From NCBI GenBank assembly GCA_951406725.2, contig OX597818.1:47988001-48052000 (forward strand): 64,000 bases of DNA. The letters are read 5' to 3'. Position 1 is the stretch's first letter. Each line of letters opens with the position of its first letter. Both the position numbers and the translations under genes were made by a program. Shown here one piece after another: positions 12,144 to 26,571 of the stretch. The notes below the pieces were generated by a model. The model saw nothing but the letters and a program-made list of their open reading frames with translations. It was not told the DNA's origin and did not search any database. Source of the DNA: Octopus vulgaris (lineage: Eukaryota).

Positions 12144-13325
12144 ATCTAATTTTTTTTATCAAATATTAGGCATTGCTAAAACATTTGGTGTATTATAAAA
12201 GTATAACCATTTTATTGTAGATAACGCTTAACAATAAAATCTTATATGGACCCCAAGTTGAGAGGACCCCAGATTAAAACCGTCAAAGAGGTACCCCAGC
12301 ATGGCCGCAGTCTGAAGCAAGTAAAAGATATCAAAATATAAAAGATAAAGATACAAATATGAAGCCTAATAACTTTCTGGAAATGAAGTTTAAACTTTTA
12401 TGGATGTTACATTTATGAAGTGGTTAAATATCGAAGATTTATTAATAGCAAGATACATACCTAATATCAACACACCGGTATAATACGTAGATATAAATTT
12501 TGAATGTAATCAGGAGTTAATTGTTAAACTATATGAAATTTGGCGTTGATAATTTTATCATTTACAACAGTATTCCCATGATCATTACTGTCTAACACAA
12601 ATCGCGGCAACAACATGCTACTATTATGTTTCCAGTCATGAGCCGAGACAGTCTGGAAACTTTATTGTTGAAATGGATATTGGAACGTAGTTGTTGAAAG
12701 CTACACATGAAGAAATAATAAGGCGGAATGAAGAATCTTCAATAAATTGATTAACGAAAAGCGTTCCGTAAATACATACACACTCACACACATACATACA
12801 CACACACGCACATGGGCACGTACATAAATGCTTTATTTCTCCCTCTACTGGATCTTTAAACTATACCTCCAAACAGTGCGTTTATTTGTAACGCTTTCAG
12901 TTGTGTATTTAAGTTGATATTATAGATGGTGGTGTTCTCAGGTTGCGGAGCCATCTAATGATGACTCCGTTCAGAAGGCTGTAATATCATTTGATAAAGG
13001 AACACGGTGTAATGAATTCATAGAACGGGACAGTAACTTTAAATACCTTTACTCTCGGTCTCAAATATATACAAGTTGAATGATAATGTAAAGAGTTTGA
13101 TGGATGGAGGCCATGTTAATCTGCTGTGTACAACCTCATGTCTGCTAGCTGTCTGCGTTTATACGAGGGCCAACTAGGTTATGTCTTCACAGTCTTGCGT
13201 CTTGACGAGAAAAAAGAGAGTCTCAATGCTTCGTGTCAGAATCTAACCACTCTAGTGCCATCTAGTTGCAAGGAGAAGGAAAGATCCAGAGAAGGGAAGA
13301 CAGAGGAAAAAAAATCGCCAACGGT

Positions 13326-13346
13326 CACACACACACATACATATAT

Positions 13347-13423
<77 letters not shown>

Positions 13424-13528
13424 ATCCAAACAAGAAAGCACAAAAAAGTATATATATATATATGTGTGTATGTGTGTATGTATATATATATATATACATA
13501 CATACATACATATACATACACATATGTA

Positions 13529-13564
<36 letters not shown>

Positions 13565-14071
13565 TTTCCATTTTTTAATCATCAGAAGTTATGAAAGTGA
13601 CTCAAGGTCTGAGAGTTTCGTTCAGAACATTTATTGTTAAGTATACTTATAAGCATGTATGTATGTATGTATGTATGTATGTATGTATGTATGTATGTAT
13701 GTATGTATGTATGTGTGTGTGTGTGTGTGGATGTGTGTGTGTGTATGTGTGTATGTATGTGTATGTATATATGTATGTATGTATGTATGCATGTATGTAT
13801 TATGTATGTGTGTATGTATGTGTGAGTATGTATGTATGTATGTATGTATGTATGTATGTATGTATGTATGTATGTATGTATGTATGTGTGTATGTATGTA
13901 TGCATGTATGTATGTATGTATGTGTGTATGTATGTATGCATGTATGTATGTATGTGTGTATGCATGTATGTATGTGTGTATGTGTGTATGAGTGTGTATG
14001 TGTGTATGTATGTATGCATGTATGTATGTATGTATGTATGTATGTGCGTACGTACGTACGTATGTATGTTG

Positions 14072-14128
<57 letters not shown>
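13326..14128. repeat. Large compound microsatellite block (TA, CA, TATG, TG)
   Basis: Direct reading; source of the many MYVC/HTYI ORFs. Confidence 0.95.
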
Positions 14129-14129
<1 letters not shown>

Positions 14130-14621
14130 CCGCTATCTAAATATTGATTGCTAGGCCAGATAAGCTTTTGAGTCTATATAAATGTCAAGTAAGTTTGAAA
14201 GTTTGATTCGAGGAACAACATAAGGACGCAGACTGGAGCAGCTTCTTGAAAATCGCTGTACTCCACCCACAATTTCTCTGTTTGAACTTTGGTCCATACA
14301 TCTTCAAGATCAAACAGAATCGAATTCAGGTTCGTGGCAACTATCGATTTTTATTTTAATAATGTCGAAATAAGGAATTTCCTTACAACTAATAATAAGT
14401 ACCATTATACGAAATTTTCGCATTGAGCGTAACTTCAAAATTATTGTTAGACTGATTATTGTATCTGGCGAGTCTTTTCAATAATTAAGCTTAAATAAAT
14501 TGCTTTTCCATAGCACCAGTTAATGTGTGTCGCCTTCGATCTAGTTAGGATTTTGTATAATTTACTGTAGTCTTTTTTAAAAATATTCTCCTAGAATATT
14601 AAATATTGAATATTGAATAAC

Positions 14622-14709
14622 AAGTGGGCAAATGTCTTCTACTATAGCCTCGGGCCGACCAAAGCCTTGTGAGTGGATTTGGTAGACGGAAACTTAAAGA
14701 AGCCCGTCG

Positions 14710-14769
<60 letters not shown>

Positions 14770-14781
14770 TGTGTGTGTGTA

Positions 14782-14838
<57 letters not shown>

Positions 14839-15081
14839 GTATGTATGTGTGTGTATATGTTTGTGTGTCTGTGTTTGTCCGCCCCACCAACATCGCTTGA
14901 CAACCGATGCTGATGTGTTTACGTCCACGTAACTTAGCGGTTCGGCAAAAGAGACCGATAGAATAAGTACTAGGCTTCCAAAGAATAAGTCCTGGGGTCG
15001 ATTTGCTCGACAAAAGGCGGTGCTCCAGCATGGCCACAGTCAAATGACTGAAGCAAGTAAAAGAGAGTAAAGAGTAAAGAG
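14622..15081 (+). mobile_element. SINE family B, 5'-truncated, with expanded internal microsatellite
   Basis: tgggcaaatgtcttctactatagcctcggg core through the aagtaaaagag tail. Confidence 0.88.
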
Positions 15082-15623
15082 TATACGATTTTGATTTTAA
15101 GAGAATATGGACATATCTACACACACACACTCACACACAATTATGCAAATATGTATGTATGTATGTATGTATCAGTAAAGGACAGGCTAATGTAAAACCT
15201 GCGGTTCCATGTGACCATTGGCTATTTTGCTTAGATTTAACACTAGGTACGAATCGCAGAGATTCAATAAGTGGCACCCGTGTTGCACAAGGGTCTATCC
15301 TAATAATCCAATGACGTACAAGTGTCTTTGTAAGGTGACGTCGTGTGTTATTGCATCTACTAAAAGTCCTAAGACGATGAAGGGGTGACGACGACGTGTG
15401 CAGGTCTAACCAATAGGAAGCACAACTTTCGTTTGTTACCTATGCTTCAAATCATACGAATCTGTAGCGGGATTGAGTAGTCTTCTGAAATTCATGAACG
15501 CAAAATCAGAAATGCCGTTGACAACGAAAAAGCACAAGGAGATGGCAACCATCTATGAATATGGAGCAATCATCACGTATATATTTATATATATGTATGT
15601 GTGTGTGCATGTGTGTATATAAG

Positions 15624-15678
<55 letters not shown>

Positions 15679-15681
<3 letters not shown>

Positions 15682-17082
15682 ACTAAATGCACACGTAACA
15701 AGGTGTTAGCTATAAATTCCTTAGCAGTTCCAGTTGTTACTTATAGCTACAATGTGTTGAACTGGAATATGAGTGAAGTAAAGAATATAGATAGAAAAAT
15801 ACGCAAGCTGCTGAGTTGTAATAGGATGCACCACCCAAAGGCAGACGTAGATCGCCTTTATCTTCCCAGAGCCCAAGGAGGTCGAGGCCTGATCCAATTT
15901 GAACTAGCTTACAAAACAACCACAATTGGACTGGCCAAATATCTCGAAATATCGAATGACTGGATGCTAAAGCTCGTGGAAAATCACGAGAGACGAAAGA
16001 AGCTTCATTCTATCATAAAGGAAAGCAAAAAATTTGCTATTGATCTCGTGCAGGATACCCAAACTGAACAACCCGAGGGAAGTACGGCAACTATTGTTGC
16101 AAAGAAGGTGAAAATGATGGCAATGAAAAAAGCGCACGAGCAATTGGCTGATAGGTGGGAGGAGAAACCTCTGCACGGCAAATATGTGACCCGCAGCAAA
16201 CAAGCTGATGTTGACCAGAAGCAAACCCATCAGTGGCTACGGAGCTCAGGGCTAAAAGTAGAGAGCGAAGGTTTCATCCTGGCTGCTCAAGATCAAAGCC
16301 TATTAACCCGGAACTACCAGGCCAATGTGATGAAAAATGGAGCGGATCCAAAATGCCGATTCTGCAACGACATGATTGAAACAGTGGACCACCTAATCTC
16401 TGGATGTAAAGTCTTAGCACCAGTGGAGTATAAATTAAGACATGACAGAGTTGGCCAATATCTCCACTGGCTAATAAGTCGGCATTACAATATCAAAACT
16501 GCCGACAAGTGGTATAATCACCACCCTGAGGCTGTAACTGAAGGAGAAAATGTAATCATTCTGTGGGACTTTCCAGTACATACAGACCGAACCATCAAGG
16601 CCAATAAACCAGATATTGTTGTGAAAGACCAAAACAATAAAGTTTGCTTATTGATCGACATGAGCATCCCTTGTGATCATAATATCTCAGCGAAAGAGTT
16701 TGACAAGCTCAGAAAATATAAAGACCTACTCATTGAAATTGAGAAAATGTGGCATCTCAAGGCGGTTACAATACCAGTGATCGTAGGAGCACTAGGAATG
16801 ATCACGAAGGGAACCGAAAATTATATGAGAATGATCCCTGGCTTACCATCCCTGCAAGAAGTGCAAAAAAAAAATCTTAACTGGTACATCACACGTATTG
16901 AGAAGGGCATTGTCGATGTGAGAACTGTTGCTGCTCATGTATTTTAATTAAAAAAAAAAATGAACGAACTATTGAGTTTGGTTTAATGGCCTACCAATGT
17001 ATACTATGAGTTTCTTTGCCCTAGGAGTCGGGAAGACACTCGGCAAGAAATGGAAGCAAATTTGAAAGAAGAAAAAAAAAAG
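15679..17082 (+). mobile_element. 5'-truncated R4/Dong-like non-LTR retrotransposon inserted in (TAA)n
   Basis: (TAA)n at 15625-15678 and from 17083; coding region, 3' UTR and A-rich tail. Confidence 0.88.
15703..16947 (+). CDS. C-terminal half of R4/Dong-like ORF: RT thumb, CCHC knuckle and restriction-like endonuclease
   Basis: RLYLPRAQGGRGL, AAQDQSL.TRNY, CRFC...ETVDHLISGC, RHD, ILWDF, KPDIV, LIDMSIP, K.RKYKDL, IPVIVGALG; the natural C-terminus (LTGTSHVLRRALSM*) lies in another frame after the A-run near 16866. Confidence 0.9.
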   Translation: MLAINSLAVPVVTYSYNVLNWNMSEVKNIDRKIRKLLSCNRMHHPKADVDRLYLPRAQGGRGLIQFELAYKTTTIGLAKYLEISNDWMLKLVENHERRKKLHSIIKESKKFAIDLVQDTQTEQPEGSTATIVAKKVKMMAMKKAHEQLADRWEEKPLHGKYVTRSKQADVDQKQTHQWLRSSGLKVESEGFILAAQDQSLLTRNYQANVMKNGADPKCRFCNDMIETVDHLISGCKVLAPVEYKLRHDRVGQYLHWLISRHYNIKTADKWYNHHPEAVTEGENVIILWDFPVHTDRTIKANKPDIVVKDQNNKVCLLIDMSIPCDHNISAKEFDKLRKYKDLLIEIEKMWHLKAVTIPVIVGALGMITKGTENYMRMIPGLPSLQEVQKKNLNWYITRIEKGIVDVRTVAAHVF

Positions 17083-17399
17083 TAATAACAATAATAATAA
17101 TAATAACAATAATATTAAGGAGTATAACTCCAAACTTACAAGGAAAATTTCAATTTAGTATTAAATCAAATTTCACAATATAAATATAAAATATATATAA
17201 ATTAGAGAAGAACCACTAGTATGTAATTCAAACAATGATAGACATAAACCATATACGTAGTCTTTTTACTTATTATATAATGTTTATTCATTTTTTTTGT
17301 ACTTTTTGTGATCTAGATATATGTTTTATATGTTTTATTTTTTCTATATGATACGGTTTATGTCTATCATTGTTTGAATTACATAATAGTAGTTTTTCT

Positions 17400-18780
17400 C
17401 TAATTTATATATATATGTATATATATATATATATATGTATATACATACGAGTAGATAAAAAACAAAACAAAACAAAGTACTCAGCTCCGCATTGCTTAAA
17501 GTTGTGTAAGCAAAGAATGTGCTCACCACATCCTCAGATACATAGATGTATATAATACATGTACTTAGACACACACACACACACACACACACCTGTGTAT
17601 GTTTGCATATATGTGAATGCATCAACAAGAGAACACGTATGAAAATGCATACACTTGGGTTTATTTCATACATTTGAAGCTAAACTTCACTTTATTCGAG
17701 TTTCCAGTTTATTTCAGGTCCTTCAAATCTATTCATAAGAAATTTAGTTTCTTAAACAACCCACAAGTAGTTTTCTTTTTCGCTTTAATATTAATGGCCA
17801 GTTATTGCTGGTGCCTTGTGACTTGGTGAACGTTTATGATGGTTGCGTAATATTGTGAAGAGTATTTACATAGAAGTTATTTCTTACTAAAATTAGTTTG
17901 CAATTTTGAAGGGTACTTTAAGAGATATTTGTTATCGTGTCTGCATCTTCACACCATCTCTTGCTTTTTACTGAACAACTAAAAAATGTAAATAAGCGTT
18001 ATGTATTTCTCGCTCGTGTGGCGAAATCATCTCAATTCCGATATAATGTATCCTGTTACAATCCACCGAACATTGAATTGCTATACTAATACCTTTGAGT
18101 CGCACTTTCCACAGAATGAAATGACGAGTGTTTTGCTGTAGGTGTTATGGTTGCTTTTTCACTCATTGTTAGATGTGTACTTAATAGTACAATTGCTTTA
18201 AGCTATCATAGTAGCCATGTTTTCCAACCGACTTTTACGCTACTTTTATCGAACAACCCGAGGCATTTCCCGTTGATAGCAAATGCGTTTTTGAAATGTC
18301 TGGGCATTATATCCATACTTCAAACGAGATAATGTTTCTTTCTTCGGGGTTGCTATTCTGTGAATTTCTCTTTTGTATTGAGGCTTCTTTTTAATTTCAT
18401 TTTCCCTAAAAGTATTCTTGCTATAGTGTGCAGCACGTATAAGTATATTTGTAGGAGATTACATTTGATATTCTCGTTCTAATATTACTGACAATATATT
18501 TTTTATGATTTTTCAGTGAATGGTGTTAATATAATATGTAGTGTATCTTCGTTTGACTTTCGGCATTTAGATTTAACATAACGTCTTCGAAGTTAGCGGG
18601 ATTTAAATTACTACTTTCTTTTTTCTATATATTTACATTCATTAAATATTTTATAAGGACCTATTTTACACCTGATTTAGTATTAGTCGTTCTTGTGAGT
18701 AATTGCCAGCCAGTTGCTACTGTACAACTCAGTATTTATTTATATAACATAATATAATATAGCATATACGTATATATACT
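17400..18780 (-). pseudogene. Highly degraded Penelope-like element (RT thumb to GIY-YIG)
   Basis: Minus-strand fragments GKCDSKVLV, IHYIG and RCRHDNKYLL resemble the PLE endonuclease C-terminus; a ctgagga hammerhead-like remnant lies near 17530. Confidence 0.5.
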
Positions 18781-18920
18781 GCGATTGTTGCACCAATTTT
18801 TGCAGTCTGGGTCACGCAAGGTACATGCATGCATAATGTGGTGTCCCGCTAAAAATATTGAGTTCAGGCAGTCATTTTGGTATTTGCCCGCTTTGTTAGC
18901 GAATAATATGCTACACTATA

Positions 18921-19149
18921 CCTATTTCTTTACTACCCAAAAGGGGCTAAACACAGAGGGGACAAACAAGGACAGACAAACGGATCAAGTCGATTACATC
19001 GACCCCAGTGCGTAACTGGTGCTTAATTTATCGACCCCGAAAGGATGAAGGCAAAGTCGACCTCGGCGGAATTTGAACTCAGAACGCAGCGGTGGACGAA
19101 ATACCGCAAAGCATTTCACCCGGCGTGCAAACGTTTCTGCCAGCTCGCC
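18921..19149 (-). mobile_element. SINE family A, full length
   Basis: Complete head to tail; TSD ctacactatacc, overlapping the terminal GGTA. Confidence 0.92.
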
Positions 19150-19289
19150 TACACTATACCATGCTATACAGCAGAATGCAGAACATCCCACCCACAAAGG
19201 ACAATCGCAGGGTGGGTCGAAACGATTGTAGGACGGAATAAAGACTAATACCAAATCCATCTTCTGTATCCTTAATCGATTATTATCTC

Positions 19290-19595
19290 AACTAAAACAG
19301 GGCAGCCTGTCTTAAATTCCTGGAGGACTATGAGGAATAAGAGGAAGCTGAACCCCTACTTGTACCCCGAATTCTTCGCTGTACTCGTTGCCAACCCTCA
19401 CCTTACTGACAGCATTATTGTATATGGCTTGTACAGCTCCCGCCAACCACTCGTCTATCCCTAGTTTTAGATAAGGGATCAGGAGACCCAATCAAAGGTT
19501 TTCTCTAAGGCAACAAAAGACAAGTACAGAGGTTTATATTTGGCTAGATATTTCTCCTGCAGTTGCCTTACCAGAAATATAGCATAAGTGGTGCA
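19290..19595 (-). pseudogene. RTE/BovB-like reverse transcriptase fragment
   Basis: [33 protein letters not shown] ... LGIDEWL...VQAIY...SKVRVG. Confidence 0.75.
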
Positions 19596-19654
19596 TATAC
19601 ATACATACATACATACATACATACATACATACATACATACATACATACATACAT

Positions 19655-19726
<72 letters not shown>

Positions 19727-19960
19727 ACATACATACATACCTACATACATACATACATATATAGATAGACGCATTTAGCATGTATATATATATACATACA
19801 CATGCATAATTGTTTATATATACAAATAAATTTATATACAAATAATAATAAATTTATATATATATATAAATAAGTTTATATATTTATATAAATTTATATA
19901 TATTTGGTAAATATATATATATATATACAGAGAGAGAGAGAGAGAGTTAAATAGAGAAAT

Positions 19961-20064
<104 letters not shown>

Positions 20065-20279
20065 TTGTTGATGTATTGAGTGAAATGCTTTTTTTCTTTC
20101 ATAATTTCTTACATTTCACAATATAATAGAAAAACTTTAACAAACTTCGAAGACTGAAATGAACTAGTAACTTAAGAGAAAATACTTGTATCAGGCAGTT
20201 TAAATATACAAAATATATACTTATACTTCTAGAACTTAACCGAAAATAAAGCAAAGACAGCCGCCTCTGCAACGCGGTC

Positions 20280-20741
20280 TTACCTTGGTGTAAAAGATGG
20301 GCTACAGCAAATATTCTGCTCAATACCACAGATTTGCTTGTCAGTTGTTTGATCATTACCAGTTGAGCATGTGCCTTAGTGGCTGATCACCCAAGCAGTG
20401 GGGAAGCATCATAGCCATACGTCAAGAGGAATTGATTGGGGTTTGGGTAATTCACCTTGGGAAACATTGGGCGTTCCGTTCAACACCCTTAAACAAGCTT
20501 TATTCAGGGACCTTTTGAGCGGGATGGGCTACTCGACCTGAAGAAAATTCTAGCTGGGCCCCACCTGCAAGGTCATGCGCTGTTTATCTTGATATGAAAT
20601 CACCATGCCGCGCATATATGGCTGTGATGTGCCTGGTGTACCCTTCTCAGACGGGTAGTCATGATGGGTATACTGGGCTTCGTATATTTTACCCCAATGT
20701 CACTTTGATGGCATGTTCTGCTCTCTCACTCAATAATAATA
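20280..20741 (+). repeat. Interspersed ~600-bp repeat with TAA tail, partial copy
   Basis: Homologous to 23098-23676 (inverted) and 50725-50897; ends ctctctcactcaataataat. Confidence 0.8.
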
Positions 20742-20959
20742 AATCCTTTCTACTGTAGGCACAAGTCCTGAAATTTTGGGGAGCGGGTAAATCGATGAGC
20801 TGGAAACCAGTGCTCAGTCGGTACTTATTTTATCGACCCCGAAAGGATGATAAGGCAAAGTTGACCTCGGCGGAATTTGAACTCAGAACGCAAAGACGGA
20901 AGAAATGCTGCTGAGTATTTTGTCCGACACGCTAACAATTCTACCAGCTTGTCTTTATT

Positions 20960-21110
20960 ATTATTATTTTATTTTTTTTCTTTCTTTCTTCAAATTTTCT
21001 TCCGTTTCTCGCCGAGTGTTTTCCGTACACCTAGGGCAGAGAAGCTCATTGTATGCATTCCCAGATTACACACGCAAATTCACAGGTAAAATATGTATTT
21101 ATTATTAGTA
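20960..21110 (-). mobile_element. 3' UTR-only stub of a Dong-like LINE
   Basis: Reverse complement (gagcttctctgccctaggtgtacggaaaacactcggcgagaaacggaagaaaatttgaag) matches 17008-17070; flanked by TTA repeats. Confidence 0.75.
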
Positions 21111-21127
21111 TTATTATTTTTTTTTTT

Positions 21128-22378
21128 TAACAGGATTCTTTTAGAGCGGATGAGGACAGCAATTGACAAATTGTTGCGTAAAGAACAAGCCGGATTTAGG
21201 AAGAACCGTTCATATGTAGATCAAATCGCCACTCTTCGCACCATCTTAGAGCAAAGCGCAGAGTGGAATGCATAGCTTTATTTTAACTTTATTGATTTCG
21301 AAAAAGCATTTGATAGTGTAGACAGGGAAGGCTTATGGAAAATTATGCAGCACTACAGCATACCAGACAAGTATACATCTATAATAAGAGCAACTTACCA
21401 AGGAATGTCACGCCGAGACTTGCATGGAAACGGAGTTACGGATAAATTCGAAGTAAAGACAGGAGTTCGACAGGGCTGTATACTTTCTCCCTTTTTATTT
21501 CCATTAGTTATAGATTGGATTATGAAGGAAACTACTATTGAAAGCCAAACAGGCATTGAATGGACGGATGCAGAAGCTCTAGAAGATCTCGACTTTGCAG
21601 ATATATAGCGTCACTTTCACAAACATATAGCCAAATGCAAAATAAAACGTCAAAATTAGAAGCAATAGCTGCCAAACTAGGATTGAAAGTCAACCGCGAT
21701 AAATCAAAAATTATGTGCGTTAATGAAGAAAACAGTGAACGTATTACACTAGAAACCAGTGAACTCGAGGATGTAACCGAGTTTACGTATTTAGGTAGTA
21801 AGATAACGTTTTTAGGCGGCTCCGACGAAGATACTAAGACGAGAATAAGTAAGGCAAGGAATGCTTTTCACCTGTTAGAAAAAGTATGGAGCCCGAGTGT
21901 TATTTCAATAAAGAACAAAATAAGCATTTTTAACACTAACGTAAAAGCGGTGTTATTGTATGGGACTGAGACATGGCGAACAACAGTTAAGTCAATTAAG
22001 CAAATACAATCATTCATCAACAGACGCTTGCGTAGTATACTTAAGATTAGATGGCCTAAACACATAAGCAATATGGGACTATGGCAAAGAACAAATGAAG
22101 TTTCGATTAGGGATTGAATATTTAAGAAAAAGTGGAAGTGGATTGGTAACACAATTAGAAAAGAAACACTGAATGTAGCGAAAAGTGCTTTACAGTGGAA
22201 TCCAGATGGATATAGAAAGAGAGGTAGGCCTAAGAACTCGTGGCGTGGGTCAACACAAAAGGAACTAGACAAAGGGGGACATTCATGGCAGAGTATAAGT
22301 ACAGAAGCGAAAAACTATGCAACATGTTACTTTAATTATAAGTGGCCTATACTCCGCGTTGAAGGGTTAAAAGCAGAA
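21128..22378 (+). pseudogene. 5'-truncated RTE-clade LINE, RT domain to 3' end
   Basis: LRKEQAGFR, FIDFEKAFDSV, GVRQGCILSP, DLDFAD(D), FTYLGS, LLYGTETW; one stop and frameshifts. Confidence 0.9.
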
Positions 22379-22381
22379 AAA

Positions 22382-22872
<491 letters not shown>

Positions 22873-23097
22873 AAGACGGCGAGCTGGCAGAATTGTTAAT
22901 ACACCGGGTAAATGCTCGGCGGTATTTTGTTCGTCTTTACGTTCTGAGTTCAAATGCCACCGAAGCCGATTTTGTCTTTCATCCTTTCGGGGTCAATAAA
23001 ATAAGTATCACTCGAGCTGGCTTTGTGTCTAAATTTGAAACCATTATTATTATCATTATTATTGTTGTTGTTGTTGTTAGCACTATACCACCATATT

Positions 23098-23673
23098 AAC
23101 ACTGGGGTACGAATATACGAAGCCAAGTATACCCACTATGACTACCCGTCTGATAAGGGTACACCGGCCACATGCCACACAACCATATGTGCGCAACATA
23201 GTGATCTTATATCAAGATAAACAACGCATGACCTTGCAGTTGGGGCCCAGTTAGAATTTTCTTCAGGTCGAGTAGCCCATACCGTTCAAAAGGTTCCTGA
23301 ATAATGTTTGTTTTAAAGATGGTGAACAAAACACCCATAATGGTAATAAAGGTTGTTTTGGGATGTTGAACGAAACACCGATATTTCCAGAGGTGAACTA
23401 TTCAAACCTCGAAGAATTCTTCTCAACACATGGCTATGATACCCACCCCCCCGACAACTTCTGCACGTGATCAGCGATGCACATATCATCAACCACAGAG
23501 AGACATGCTCAACTGGTTAAGGTCAAACAAGTGGCAAGCAAATCTGTGCTATTGAGCAGAATATTTGCTGTAGGTCATCTTTTATACCAAGACAAATCAA
23601 GGTACATGGTAACACTTCCAATCAGTTAAGATGAGAAGCCATTAGAAGCACTACCTGATACTGCATCAGGGCA

Positions 23674-23676
<3 letters not shown>
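23098..23676 (-). repeat. Interspersed ~600-bp repeat, inverted copy
   Basis: Reverse complement aligns with 20280-20710 and 50725-50897. Confidence 0.8.
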
Positions 23677-23711
<35 letters not shown>

Positions 23712-23722
23712 TGTTGTTGTTG

Positions 23723-23760
<38 letters not shown>

Positions 23761-23784
23761 GTTATTATTATTATTATTATTATT

Positions 23785-24120
23785 AAGGCAGCGAGCTGAC
23801 AGAATCGTTAGGACGCTGGGCGAAGTACTTCGCAGTATTTCGTCTGCCGCTACATTCTGAGTTCAAATGCCTTCTTTCTTTATTGCCCGCAAGGGGTTAA
23901 ACATAGGGGGGACAAACAAGGACAGACAAAGGGATTAAGTCAATTACATCGACCCCAGTGCGAAACTGGTACTTAATTTATCGACCTCGAAAGGATGAAA
24001 GGCAAAGTCGACCTCGGCGGAATTCGAACTCAGAACGTAACGACAGACGAAATGCCGCTAGGCATTTCTCCCGGCGTGCTAACGTTTCTGCCAGCTCGTT
24101 CAGATTCCGCCGAGGTCGAC
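23785..24120. mobile_element. Family-A SINE (-) nested inside a family-A SINE (+)
   Basis: Plus head breaks at ttcaaat near 23868, minus copy spans 23872-24098, plus copy resumes ttcagattccgccgaggtcgac. Confidence 0.8.
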
Positions 24121-24124
24121 AGAT

Positions 24125-24895
24125 TTCAAAATTTGAGCATAGGTGTGAGCTAAGAGGTTGGCACTGGTCGTTGATTGTCTGATAGATGATGCACAAATAT
24201 GCACCATCCGAAGCAAATCTATCCCTTTTCAGATCGAGCATTTTGGTTGGTGGAAATCCTACTTTGGCGTTCTATAAAGGGTTAGCGGCGGGCAAGAGCG
24301 ACGACGTTCTCGGAAAGACTTTGAACATCGATAGAATCAACTGGCTACTCTGTTCTGGAGGACTTTTGAGTCGGGGTCCATAAATATTTTCAGAAAACTC
24401 TGACCTGCGGTGCTACTGGTGGGGGTAGGGCGTTGCTGGTTCGGGATAACATCTACAGGTACAGAAGTGCCGTCATCTACAAGTAGAGAAGTACCCATGA
24501 GTAACGGACCGCGCAGAGTAACGAAACTGTTCTGAACGCACTGGTCCAGTGCCTGAAAATAGCTAACTTTTGGCTTTATGCCGAGCACCAGCTATCAGCT
24601 GAGTCCATTGTGAAGATCGTCCCGCCGCCTTCCTTTGGTCGGAAAGGACAGGCATTTATTATTTTTTTTTTTTATCAATATGGTGACCTTAGCAATAGTG
24701 ATTGTGTGATGGACCAGACTGAGAGGGCTGAAGACAGATATCCTCTTTATCAAGCTCTCATCGGCTTTTTCAAGTTGAAAAGAAAAGTGGTGGTGGAGAG
24801 GAAAGGTTGGTGAGACTGACAGGAATGTCCCCGCAAGCGGGTCTGTCGTGAACATGCACCTAATGATTAAGAGAAGAGGATGAGGAGAGGACACT
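24125..24895 (-). pseudogene. Degraded gag-like ORF1 of an I/Nimb-clade LINE
   Basis: Fragments LLII...GTFLSVSP..F.LEKA.ESLI, VPVDVIP and FPPTKML.L...GAYL resemble, from recall, I-clade ORF1 (SPF.I.KAL; PV.V.PH; PTKH.ILTF..AGY). Confidence 0.45.
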
Positions 24896-25404
24896 TACCC
24901 TAGTGGTCAGAGTGACCATATACTTTTGACACATCTTGTTGCACGAAATATCTTAGTTCTTCCGCACGAGACTTGCTATCTAGTCATATTTATCCAACTC
25001 AACTTTTCCTTTTTTTATCGCCGCAGTTTTTAATCTTTCTATCTTATTATTTTAGTAAATACCTTTAATTTTCTTCTTTTCTTTGCCCCAGGAAGAGAAA
25101 AGAGAACAAAAATCTATCTTACATATGTATAAGTGTGTATACATACAAGAAAATATATTTTCCATATAGCAGACTGTAGAACAGAAAACGATTTGGTACA
25201 GTTTTAGCATTTTAAATGTACAAGAACTTACAGGACTTATTTAACAACAGAGCTAAACAATACCATCTCGTTCCACCCCTGGGTGCCTTTAGAGGAACCC
25301 ATTCAATAGCAAGCATTTGGGATTAGGTCTTTGGGTTAAAGATAACTTCTTCCTTTTCTTTCACCAGATTTGTGTCTCGAAAATATTAGAAGAGTTGGAA
25401 ACGT

Positions 25405-26195
25405 ACACGCAGGCATGGCTGTATGGTTAAGAAGCTCGCTTCGCAGCCGAGTGGTTTCGGGTTCAGTCCTCTACTATTGCTCTGGGTCGATCAATACATT
25501 GTTAGTCAATTGGGTTGACAGAAACTGTATGGCAGGCGGCGAGCTGGCAGAACCGTTAGCACGCTGGGCGAAATGCTTTGTGCTATTTCGACCGCCGCTG
25601 CGTTCTGAGTTCAAATTCCGCCGAGGTCGACTTTGCCTTTCATCCTTTCGGGGTCGATAAATTAAGTACCAGTTATGCACTGAGGTCGATGTAATCGACT
25701 TAATCCGTTTATCTGTCCTTGTTTGTCCCCTCTATGTTTAGCCTCCTGTGGGCAATAAAGAAAAAGGTATTTCATCTGTCGCTACGTTCTGAGTTCAAAT
25801 TCCGCCGAGGTCGACTTTGCCTTTCATCCTTTCGGGGTCGATTAAATAAGTACCAGTTACGCACTGGGCCGATATAATCGACTTAATTCGTTTGTCTGTC
25901 CTTGTTTGTCCCCTCTGTGTGTAGCCCCTTGTGGGTAGTAAAGAAATAAAGAAATAAGAAACTGTATGGAAGGCCGTAGTATAAATGTGTGCGTGCGTGT
26001 GTGTTTGCTTCTGTTTGTTCCCACCTACAACCACTTGACATGGGTGTTGGTTTGTTTACGTCCAGGTAACATAACGGTTCGGCAAAAGGGGCTGATAGCA
26101 TAAGTAACATATTTGTTCGATTTGTTCGACTAAACACTTCAAGATGGTACTCCAGTATGGCCGCAGTCCAATGACTGAAACAACTAAAAGAATTA
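25405..26195 (+). mobile_element. SINE family B interrupted by a family-A dimer (25534-25956)
   Basis: TSD agaaactgtatgg on both sides of the family-A dimer; internal junction near 25766. Confidence 0.85.
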
Positions 26196-26571
26196 ATAAA
26201 GAAACTACTTTTTTATTTTCTTTTTTAGTATACGCCATTAAAGACACCTTGATGATGTTTTTGGACGAATGCAAATACTGAATGTAATTGCCACAGAGAT
26301 GAGATACAATCAACATTTCACACTTCTTTTTGCACTCATTACTGATTTCGTACAGATAGAAAACACCCGGCTTAATGAAAGATGATTATCTGATGTTCAT
26401 GATTCTCTCAAATGTATTAACAACCTCAACAGAGACAAAAAACATCAAACTGGAATCTTTACCGAGCGTTGAACTTTACAACGATCCCCTTCATTTCTTA
26501 ATTTATAGTTAACCTGTATTTCATCATAGCGAAGACATGCCGTTCTAGTTACAATATACCCAGATAGATAC

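Noticed and set aside
15300-15420. Promoter-like cluster of CCAAT and TGACGT motifs
   Set aside because: Short motifs with no downstream exon evidence; could belong to an unrecognised transposon
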